Below are positions 9,070-16,921 of a stretch of 50,121 bases of DNA, piece by piece; positions within the stretch are counted from its first letter, which is position 1, and each line of letters starts with the position of its first letter. This DNA comes from an uncultured Candidatus Saccharibacteria bacterium. Its GTDB lineage: Bacteria > Patescibacteriota > Minisyncoccia > Portnoybacterales > UBA2143. The translations under genes were made by a program, and so were the position numbers. The notes under the pieces are model-generated. The model had not been told where the DNA came from. It was given only the letters and a program-made list of their open reading frames with translations, and did not search any database. The stretch lies in NCBI GenBank assembly GCA_964439515.1, contig CAYTNU010000004.1, positions 1,832 through 51,952 on the forward strand. The letters run 5' to 3'.

Positions 9070-9128
9070 ATAGTATTCTTTTATTTAATTTTATCCTCCT
9101 TCTTCTTCTTCTTTATATCTTTTCATAT

Positions 9129-9578
9129 TTATCTTCTTTCTTTTAATGCTCTGTTAATTCTTATCTTAGATTCGCGTTTTTTTATACCTTCTCGTTTATC
9201 TGCTTGTCTTTTACCTTGACCCAGTGCAAATTCTAGCTTTATTCTATTGTGCTTAGTATAGACCCGGAGAGGTACCAAAGTCAAGCCTTTGCCTTTTTTC
9301 TTCCCAATTAGACTTGTGATTTCATTTTTATGCAAAAGAAGTTTTCGAGAGCGAGTTGAGTCATAATCTTGTGGCATATTTTTTGGCTGATAGGGTGAAA
9401 CTAAGGAATTAATCAGCCACGCCTCTTCGTCTTTAACTGTAACATAAGCGCCTTTCAAACTTATGTGTCCATTTTTGACTGCCTTAACTTCATATCCAGC
9501 CAAAATTAAGCCTGCCTCGAATTTTTCTAGGATGTTATAGTCATACTTGGCTCTACGATTTGTTGCTAAATTAGTCAT
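9129..9578 (-). CDS. smpB: SsrA-binding protein SmpB
   Basis: NRRAKYDYNILEKFEAGLILAGYEVKAVK...LLLHKNEI...GLTLVPLRVY. Confidence 0.95.
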   Translation of the reverse strand: MTNLATNRRAKYDYNILEKFEAGLILAGYEVKAVKNGHISLKGAYVTVKDEEAWLINSLVSPYQPKNMPQDYDSTRSRKLLLHKNEITSLIGKKKGKGLTLVPLRVYTKHNRIKLEFALGQGKRQADKREGIKKRESKIRINRALKERR

Positions 9579-9584
9579 ATTTTT

Positions 9585-9593
9585 ATTATAGCA
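9585..9593 (-). promoter_or_regulatory. Extended -10 element TGCTATAAT, 6 nt upstream of the smpB ATG
   Basis: Minus strand: TGC-TATAAT (9593..9585), then AAAAAT, then the ATG at 9578. No SD. No good -35. Confidence 0.4.
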
Positions 9594-9604
9594 TAAAATG
9601 TTAA

Positions 9605-9628
9605 CAGCCAGTCCTTTTGAACTGGCTG
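9605..9628 (-). terminator. Hairpin between the 128-aa ORF and smpB (possible terminator)
   Basis: CAGCCAGT (9605..9612) pairs with ACTGGCTG (9621..9628) around an 8-nt loop. On the minus strand it is followed by an AT-rich run, not a clean U-tract. Confidence 0.4.
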
Positions 9629-9639
9629 CTTTGGTTATT

Positions 9640-10026
9640 TCATAATAAATGCCTTAACTGATTTATTACAAAAGGAACTGCACTTTTGGCGAAGAATGGA
9701 TGCATTCCCAGAAGGCCGATGTGAATTTCGACCTTTTCTTCCTCATCTGCGAAGACGAAGACGTCTTCTCTCGATTTCATTAATTCGGGGTTTTTAGATA
9801 ATTCTATTTTTAGTTCTTGAGCTATCTTTTTTGCAGTATTGATTGTTGAAAGCATATCTTTTTCATATGATTCTTTTCCAGGATCCATGAATTTTTTAGG
9901 ATATATTCCAATCCTTCCATTACCACCCAGCTCTATTATGTCCGGGTCCAAGCTCTCTTCAATCCCTTCCCTTATCTCGTGAATCCTTTCTTCCCATTGC
10001 TTCAATCTTTCTATCTGAATTATCAT
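9640..10026 (-). CDS. Hypothetical protein (128 aa), no family recognised
   Basis: Strong SD GGGAGGG (reverse complement of 10031..10037) upstream of the ATG. Visibly higher GC (25 G+C in line 9661-9720). Has its own promoter-like element and a downstream hairpin. Confidence 0.6.
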   Translation of the reverse strand: MIIQIERLKQWEERIHEIREGIEESLDPDIIELGGNGRIGIYPKKFMDPGKESYEKDMLSTINTAKKIAQELKIELSKNPELMKSREDVFVFADEEEKVEIHIGLLGMHPFFAKSAVPFVINQLRHLL

Positions 10027-10048
10027 TTTGCCCTCCCTAGCATTTATT

Positions 10049-10077
10049 ATTTTAAATTACTATTAACAAGCATACAA
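10049..10077 (-). promoter_or_regulatory. Putative promoter of the 128-aa ORF: TTGTAT-N17-TAAAAT, followed by a 22-nt leader with an SD
   Basis: Minus strand: -35 at 10077..10072, -10 at 10054..10049. Confidence 0.35.
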
Positions 10078-10104
10078 TAATATTAAGATTTGTCAATATT
10101 AATC

Positions 10105-10133
10105 TTGAGTAAATTGAATAAATAAGCTATGAT
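10105..10133 (+). promoter_or_regulatory. Putative promoter of the argS operon: TTGAGT-N17-TATGAT, with the ATG 6 nt downstream
   Basis: -35 at 10105..10110, -10 at 10128..10133, ATG at 10140. No SD. Confidence 0.45.
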
Positions 10134-10139
10134 TATGTT

Positions 10140-11645
10140 ATGCTAAGAGATAAAATAGAAAAATTAATTAAAGATTTAGTTAAACAAGAAGTTGAATTAG
10201 AGCATCCAGCTATATCTAATCATGGTGATTTTTCTACCAATGTTGCCTTAAGAGCAAAAATTGATCCAGACGAGATTATTAATAAATTGAAAAATAATTC
10301 TTTGTTTGAAAAAGTTGAGAAAGCTGGTCCAGGATTTATTAATGTATATCTATCTAAAAAAGCTCTTAATGAAGAATTAGTAGAAATTTTAGAAAAAGGT
10401 AATAATTATGGTCAATTAGAGATTGGTCAGAATAAAAAAGTTCAAGTAGAATTTATTTCTGCTAATCCAACAGGTCCATTAACCGTTGGAAATGCTCGTG
10501 GCGGACCATATGGAGACGTTTTAGCCAATATTCTTAAGAAAGCTGGTTATAAAGTAGAAAAAGCATACTATATTAATGATTTTGGACAGCAGATTAGGGA
10601 ATTGGGTAATGAAGACGGAAAATATCAAGAAAAAGAAATCAATATTCTTAGAAAACTAACTCAAGAAAAACTTAAAACCAAAGATTCTTTTGAAGTTGGT
10701 CAGAAACTTGCCAATCAAATTCTTAAATCTTTTATTAAGAAAACCACTGATAAGATGAGAATTAAATATGATGAATGGATTCTTGAATCTGATTTACATA
10801 AAGAAGGGGAAATAGATAAAATTCTTGATTTTTTAAGAGACAAAAAGTTAATTTACAAGAAAGAAGATGCAGAATGGTTTAAATCATCTGATTTTGGAGA
10901 CGAGAGAGATAGGGTTATGATTAAGAAAGATGGAAATAAGACATATTTAGCTGGAGACATTGCTTTGCATAATGATAAGTTTAAAAAATTTGATAAAGTG
11001 ATCAATGTTTGGGGAGCAGATCATCATGGAGACATCCCTGGATTAATGGCTGGGGTAGAGGCAATCGGTCATAAAGGGAAATTAGAAATTATTCTTTTGC
11101 AGTTTGTGACTATTTTAGAAAAAGGTGAAAAACAAAAAATGTCTAAAAGAGCAGGCGTCTATGTTTTAATGGATGAGTTATTAGATAGGGTTGGAGTTGA
11201 TGCAACAAGATTTTTCTTTCTACAAAAATCATCTGACACTCATTTAAATTTTGATATTAATTTAGCGAAAGAACAGTCAAGTAAAAATCCTGTTTACTAT
11301 GTTCAGTATGCATATGCAAGAATTTGCAGTATTTTAAAGAAGATAGAATTTAAAGACGAAGGAGATTTAGACAAACTTATTCATCCGTCAGAATTAAATT
11401 TAATTAAAGAATTAATTAAGTTCCCAGAAATAATTAAAGACACATCTAATGACTATCAAATTCAAAGATTGCCCTATTATTCGATGGAATTAGCTAATAA
11501 ATTTCATAAATTTTATGAGAATTGTAGAATATTAGGAGAAGAGGAACAAATTGCTCAGGCAAGAATTAGTTTAATTAAAGCAACTCAAATTATTTTAAAA
11601 AACATTCTGGATATAATGGGAATTTCAGCTCCAGAAAAAATGTAA
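10140..11645 (+). CDS. argS: Arginyl-tRNA synthetase with a degenerate HIGH motif
   Basis: N-terminal Add-1-like domain, FISANPTGPL, then TVGN where HIGH is expected (10482..10493). KMSKR is present. C-terminal DALR-like anticodon-binding region YVQYAYARICSILKK. Confidence 0.85.
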   Translation: MLRDKIEKLIKDLVKQEVELEHPAISNHGDFSTNVALRAKIDPDEIINKLKNNSLFEKVEKAGPGFINVYLSKKALNEELVEILEKGNNYGQLEIGQNKKVQVEFISANPTGPLTVGNARGGPYGDVLANILKKAGYKVEKAYYINDFGQQIRELGNEDGKYQEKEINILRKLTQEKLKTKDSFEVGQKLANQILKSFIKKTTDKMRIKYDEWILESDLHKEGEIDKILDFLRDKKLIYKKEDAEWFKSSDFGDERDRVMIKKDGNKTYLAGDIALHNDKFKKFDKVINVWGADHHGDIPGLMAGVEAIGHKGKLEIILLQFVTILEKGEKQKMSKRAGVYVLMDELLDRVGVDATRFFFLQKSSDTHLNFDINLAKEQSSKNPVYYVQYAYARICSILKKIEFKDEGDLDKLIHPSELNLIKELIKFPEIIKDTSNDYQIQRLPYYSMELANKFHKFYENCRILGEEEQIAQARISLIKATQIILKNILDIMGISAPEKM

Positions 11646-11648
11646 TTT

Positions 11649-14516
11649 ATGGATACAATACCTAAAATAGAAGAAAAAATATTAAAATTCTGGAAAAAGA
11701 ATAAAATCTTTGAAAAGAGTTTGAAAAAAAATAACAAAAAAAAATTTGTTTTTTTTGAAGGTCCACCAACTGCCAATGGGAAACCTGGAATGCATCATGT
11801 TGAAGCTCGCGCTTTTAAAGATGTTATTCCACGATATAAAACAATGCGAGGATTTTTTGTTGACAGAAAAGCGGGATGGGACACACATGGATTGCCAGTT
11901 GAATTAGAAGTGGAAAAAGAATTGGGGTTTAAGAACAAGGAAGATATTGAAAAATATGGAATCGCTAAGTTTAATCAAAAATGTAAAACAAGTGTTTGGA
12001 AATACAAAAATGAGTGGGAAAAAATAACTGAAAGAATTGCTTTCTGGATAGACATAAAAGATCCATATATTACCTATGAAGATAAATATATTGAAAGTGT
12101 TTGGTATATCCTTAAAAGAATATGGGATAAAGGATTATTATTTAAAGGATTTAAAATTGTTCCCTATTGTTCTAGATGCGGGACAGTGCTTTCTTCTCAT
12201 GAAGTATCTCAAGGATATCAGAGCATTGAAGAAAATTCTGTTTATTTAAATTTTAAAGTTACTAATGGAAATAATAAAGTCAAAAAAAATGATATTATTC
12301 TTGCTTGGACAACTACGCCATGGACCTTACCTGGGAATGTTGCATTGGCAATAGGTGAAAAAATTGATTATGTAAAAATAAATTACCAAGATAAGAAATA
12401 TATTTTAGCAAAGAGTAGATTGGGAGTCATTGATGGAGAATATAAGATAGAAGATGAGTTTAAGGGAAAAGATTTAATAGATGTAGAATATAGTCCCTTA
12501 TTTAATATTAAATCAATTAAGAATAGTGATAAAAAAGCATATTATGTTATTTCAGCAGATTTTGTTAGCACTGAAGATGGAACTGGCGTTGTTCATATAG
12601 CACCAATGTATGGCGAGGATGATTATGAGATAGGAAAGAAAGTTGGATTACCAGAAATTCATACTGTTACTGATAATGGATTTTTTACTGAAGATTTAGC
12701 AGATTATGGTTTATTAAATAAATTTGTTAAAGATAAAGAGATAGAAAATAAGATTTTAAATTATTTAAAAGAGAATGAACTTCTTTTTAAAGAAGAGAAA
12801 TATAGGCATGACTATCCTTTTTGTTGGCGTTGCGATACTCCATTAATATATTATGCTAAAGAATCTTGGTTTATTGGAATGTCAAAGTTACGTAAGAATC
12901 TAGTAGCTAATAATAGGAATATTTTTTGGGAGCCAAGTCATATCAAAAACGGTAGGTTTGGTGAATTTATTAAAGAAGCTAGAGATTGGGCTTTGTCTAG
13001 AGAGAGATATTGGGGCACTCCTTTGCCTATTTGGGAATGTGAGAAATGTGGAGAAGTAAAATGTATCGGTAGCGCTAAAGAATTGGGTAAAAAAGTTAAA
13101 GAATTACATAGACCATACGTTGATGATATTAAATTAAAATGTAAATGTGGTGGAGACATGATTCGCGATAAGAGTGTTATTGATTGTTGGTTTGATTCTG
13201 GAGCAATGCCATTTGCTCAATGGGGATATCCTTACTTAAAAGATAGTAAAAAGAAATTTAAAGAATATTATCCAGCTGATTATATTTGTGAGGCAATTGA
13301 TCAAACAAGAGGTTGGTTTTATAGTCTTTTAGCAATTGCTACATTGATGGAATATATTGGTGAAATTAAACAAGGACATTGTTTTAATAATGTAATTTGT
13401 TTAGGTCATGTTTTAGATAGCAATGGTAAAAAAATGTCAAAATCAAAAGGAAATGTCGTTGATCCTTGGGAGATATGTAATAAATTTGGAGCCGATTCTC
13501 TACGCTGGTATCTATATACTGTTAACCAGGCCGGAGAGCCAAAAAGATTTAATATCAAAGATATTATAGATAAAAATAGGAGAGTATTTGGAACCTTGTT
13601 TAATTCATTTGTCTTTTTTCAGACTTATAAAGATAAAAAATTTAAGCCTAAAAAGATAAAGTCTAAGAACATTTTAGATAAATGGATTATTTCTAAATTT
13701 AATTTATTAAATAACTCTGTAGTTAATAGTTTAGAAAAATATGACATTGTTTCAGCTGCTCGTTTGATTGAAAGTTTTATTGATGAACTTTCAAATTGGT
13801 ATATTCGTCGTTCAAGAACAAGATTGCAAAAATCAAAAAATAAAGAAGAGAAAGAAGAAGCAAGTCAAACATTATATAGAATTTTATTTGATATTTCTAA
13901 ATTAATTGCTCCATTTGCACCATTTATGGCTGAGGAGATTTATAGAAATTTAAGAACTAATAAAGATTTAGAATCGGTTCATCTTTGTGATTATCCAAAG
14001 CCAAATAAAAAATTAATTGATAAACAATTAGAATTAAGAATGGAAAAAGTGAGAGAAATTGTTGTTTTAGCTTTAGCTGAAAGAGCTAAAAAAGGAATTA
14101 AAACAAGGCAGCCATTAAAAAGTTTAACAATTAATAATAAAACGATAGTTGAGAGTAAGGAATTAACTGATTTAATAAAAGAAGAGGTCAATGTTAAAGA
14201 AGTGATTTTTGGTAAAAATGTTAAATTGGATATAAAAATTACCAATGAATTAAAAATAGAAGGAATGATTAGAGATCTAATTCGTTTTGTTCAAGGAATG
14301 CGAAAAGATGGAGGACTAAAACCAGGTCAAAAAATATGTTTACATTATTCAACTTCATCAAAATTAAATGAAATAATTTTAAAACATCAAACAGAAATTC
14401 AAGAAGAAGTTACTGCTAAAAAAATAGAATCTAAAATAAAAGAAAAAGAAGTTTTTTTAGCAGAAAAAGAAGTTGAATTAGATGGTCAGAAAATTTGGAT
14501 AGGAATAAGAAAATAA
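11649..14516 (+). CDS. ileS: Isoleucyl-tRNA synthetase
   Basis: PPTANGKPGMHHVEARAFKD, CP1 editing region, CWRCDTPL, KMSKSKGN. 955 aa. Confidence 0.95.
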   Translation: MDTIPKIEEKILKFWKKNKIFEKSLKKNNKKKFVFFEGPPTANGKPGMHHVEARAFKDVIPRYKTMRGFFVDRKAGWDTHGLPVELEVEKELGFKNKEDIEKYGIAKFNQKCKTSVWKYKNEWEKITERIAFWIDIKDPYITYEDKYIESVWYILKRIWDKGLLFKGFKIVPYCSRCGTVLSSHEVSQGYQSIEENSVYLNFKVTNGNNKVKKNDIILAWTTTPWTLPGNVALAIGEKIDYVKINYQDKKYILAKSRLGVIDGEYKIEDEFKGKDLIDVEYSPLFNIKSIKNSDKKAYYVISADFVSTEDGTGVVHIAPMYGEDDYEIGKKVGLPEIHTVTDNGFFTEDLADYGLLNKFVKDKEIENKILNYLKENELLFKEEKYRHDYPFCWRCDTPLIYYAKESWFIGMSKLRKNLVANNRNIFWEPSHIKNGRFGEFIKEARDWALSRERYWGTPLPIWECEKCGEVKCIGSAKELGKKVKELHRPYVDDIKLKCKCGGDMIRDKSVIDCWFDSGAMPFAQWGYPYLKDSKKKFKEYYPADYICEAIDQTRGWFYSLLAIATLMEYIGEIKQGHCFNNVICLGHVLDSNGKKMSKSKGNVVDPWEICNKFGADSLRWYLYTVNQAGEPKRFNIKDIIDKNRRVFGTLFNSFVFFQTYKDKKFKPKKIKSKNILDKWIISKFNLLNNSVVNSLEKYDIVSAARLIESFIDELSNWYIRRSRTRLQKSKNKEEKEEASQTLYRILFDISKLIAPFAPFMAEEIYRNLRTNKDLESVHLCDYPKPNKKLIDKQLELRMEKVREIVVLALAERAKKGIKTRQPLKSLTINNKTIVESKELTDLIKEEVNVKEVIFGKNVKLDIKITNELKIEGMIRDLIRFVQGMRKDGGLKPGQKICLHYSTSSKLNEIILKHQTEIQEEVTAKKIESKIKEKEVFLAEKEVELDGQKIWIGIRK

Positions 14517-15040
14517 TGCTTTATAAAACTCAAGGAATTATTATTAAGAATTCAAACTTAGGAGAGGTTGATCGTTTAATAACTGTTTATACTAATGATT
14601 TTGGTAAACTGGTAATTAAAGGTAAGTCGGTTCGTAAAAATCAAGCAAAGCTCAAGGGTCATCTTGAACTTTTTTTATACTCTCATCTGATGATTGCCCC
14701 TGGTCGTGGATTCGATATTATTACCGGTGCTGAAACAATTAAAAATTTTTCTTATCTTCGTAAAAATTTAAATTGTTTATTTGTAGCTCATTATTTTTCT
14801 GAATTAATGGATAAAATAATTGTTGGTCCAGAAAAAGATGAAAATATTTGGCGATTATTATTAAATAGTTTTGAACAACTTGATCAAAAAGAAACAGACA
14901 TTAAACTAATAGTTAGTAATTTTGAAAATAAGTTTTCACAATTTTTAGGTTATGGACAACAAAAAGATTTTGTTTCTTTTGCTGAATCAATTGTGAATAA
15001 TAAGATAAATAGTTATCAAAATTTAATAAAAATGCTATAA
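14516..15040 (+). CDS. recO: DNA repair protein RecO (short form)
   Basis: MLYKTQGIIIKNSNLGEVDRLITVYTNDFGKLVIKGKSVRK (OB-fold N-terminus). I prefer the ATG at 14516, which overlaps the ileS stop (TAATG), over the track start at 14495. Confidence 0.75.
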   Translation: MLYKTQGIIIKNSNLGEVDRLITVYTNDFGKLVIKGKSVRKNQAKLKGHLELFLYSHLMIAPGRGFDIITGAETIKNFSYLRKNLNCLFVAHYFSELMDKIIVGPEKDENIWRLLLNSFEQLDQKETDIKLIVSNFENKFSQFLGYGQQKDFVSFAESIVNNKINSYQNLIKML

Positions 15041-15048
15041 TTATATAA

Positions 15049-16917
15049 ATGAAATTAGATGAATTAAAAAAGAAACTATATAAGCCTGAGGATCAATTTG
15101 GAAAGAGGATAGAAATTTTAGGTGATTTTCAATCTAAGAATAAAGACAGTGAAAAAGTTGCTCAAGAATGGAAAAAAACAGAAAAGAAAAAAATATCTCC
15201 TCAAATAAAGAAAAAAATATCAATTATTGGTATTTCTATTGCAGTTGTTTTTATGGTAATTGCTATTTTTTTTATTTGGCGTGGATTTACTTCTTTTGAT
15301 AAAAATGGAATAGAGATAGAAATTAATGGACCAGAAAGAGTAGTTAGCGGAGAAGAAATTAAATATACAATAAAGTATAAAAATAATACTAGAATGACAT
15401 TGGAGAATGTTAAATTAATTTTTCATTATCCAGAAGATTCGATTTTATCTAATCAAAAAGATATAGATGAAATAATTAATTTATCTAATATTGAAGCTGG
15501 ACAAGAAAAAGAAGTAGAACTATTGGTTAGGGTTATGGGATTAAAAGGAGAAGAGAAAAAAGCATGGACAGAATTAAGCTATCAACCATTAAATTTTAGT
15601 TCTAGATATGTTAATGAAGCAGAATTTATTAGTGAAATAATTTCCGTTCCTTTGATCTTAGATTTTGATTTACCAGAAAAATTAGTATCTGGTCAATCTT
15701 TTAATTTTTCTTTAAAGTATTTAAATCAAGCAGAGGTTTCTTTTGATGATGTTCGAATCCGCTTTGAATATCCAAATGGTTTTGTTTTCGAATCAGCCAA
15801 TGAGGATCCATTAGAAAATGATAATGTTTGGCATTTAGGGAAGTTAATGGCTGGAGAACAAGGTAAAATTTTTATTCAAGCTAATATTCAAGGTGAAGAA
15901 AATGATGTTAAATCATTTAAAGCAGAATTAGGTTTTTTAAAAAATGATGAATTTACTACTTACGCTGAAACAGTAGGCGCTCTTCAAATTTCATCGTCTC
16001 CTTTATCAGTTACCCAAACTATTAATGATAATGATAGCTATATCGCAAAAGCCGGTGATAAATTAAGTTATCAGATTAATTATAAAAACACTACCAATGT
16101 TGCGATTAAAGATGTTATTATTACTTCAAAATTAGAAGGAGATGTTTTGGATTTGACCAGTTTAGAATTAATAGGTGCTTCTTTTAATGGTGGAGATCGA
16201 ATAATTACTTGGAATGCAGGTAATCTTTCAGCATTAGGCTATCTTGGTCCCTATCAAGAAGGGAAGGTAAATTTTACTGTTAATGTTAAGAGTTCTTTGC
16301 CGATTAAAACTTATAGTGATAAAAATTTTACAATTAACAATACAGTTAAAATTGATTCTTTAGAAATACCTTTTGGATTAGAGGATATTGAAATTGCAGG
16401 ACAGAGTCAGACAGTAACTAAAGTATCTAGTCAAATAAATTTTCAAGCACAAGGACATTATTATGATGATTTAATTCCTAATAGTGGACCTATCCCACCA
16501 AAAATTGGAGAGACGACTACTTATACAATTAAATGGAGATTGGTGAATACAAGTAATGATTTAAAGAATGTTAAAGTAATAGCATTTTTGCCTCCTCATG
16601 TTACGTGGGTTAATAAGATTAATCCTGGTTATGCTGATTTGAAATATAATTCTCAAACCGGACAAGTAATTTGGACGATAGGTGATTTGCAGTCTGCTAC
16701 AGGAATTCTTTTACCAGCGAAAGAGGTTGCTTTTCAAATATCCATTACTCCGAGTTTAGCTAATTTGGGTGATTTGGTTGAATTAATTGGTCAATCTAAG
16801 GTTTCTGGTCAAGACGATTTTGTTGGTTTAGAATTAATTAGTTTTGTTAAATCAATTGATACTGATTTGCCAGATGATTTAAAAATAGGTCAAAAACAAG
16901 GAAAGGTTGTTCAATAA
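15049..16917 (+). CDS. Membrane-anchored extracellular protein with about four DUF11/CARDB-like beta-sandwich repeats
   Basis: Lys-rich cytoplasmic N-terminus and a single TM (ISIIGISIAVVFMVIAIFFIW). Repeated modules: VVSGEEIKYTIKYKNNT, LVSGQSFNFSLKYLNQA, AKAGDKLSYQINYKNTTN, IGETTTYTIKWRLVNTSN. Confidence 0.6.
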   Translation: MKLDELKKKLYKPEDQFGKRIEILGDFQSKNKDSEKVAQEWKKTEKKKISPQIKKKISIIGISIAVVFMVIAIFFIWRGFTSFDKNGIEIEINGPERVVSGEEIKYTIKYKNNTRMTLENVKLIFHYPEDSILSNQKDIDEIINLSNIEAGQEKEVELLVRVMGLKGEEKKAWTELSYQPLNFSSRYVNEAEFISEIISVPLILDFDLPEKLVSGQSFNFSLKYLNQAEVSFDDVRIRFEYPNGFVFESANEDPLENDNVWHLGKLMAGEQGKIFIQANIQGEENDVKSFKAELGFLKNDEFTTYAETVGALQISSSPLSVTQTINDNDSYIAKAGDKLSYQINYKNTTNVAIKDVIITSKLEGDVLDLTSLELIGASFNGGDRIITWNAGNLSALGYLGPYQEGKVNFTVNVKSSLPIKTYSDKNFTINNTVKIDSLEIPFGLEDIEIAGQSQTVTKVSSQINFQAQGHYYDDLIPNSGPIPPKIGETTTYTIKWRLVNTSNDLKNVKVIAFLPPHVTWVNKINPGYADLKYNSQTGQVIWTIGDLQSATGILLPAKEVAFQISITPSLANLGDLVELIGQSKVSGQDDFVGLELISFVKSIDTDLPDDLKIGQKQGKVVQ

Positions 16918-16921
16918 ATTT

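Noticed and set aside
10027-10139. T-box or other leader riboswitch upstream of argS-ileS
   Set aside because: The intergenic region is only 113 nt and is shared with a divergent gene. It has no specifier or antiterminator architecture, and the predicted promoter abuts the ATG.
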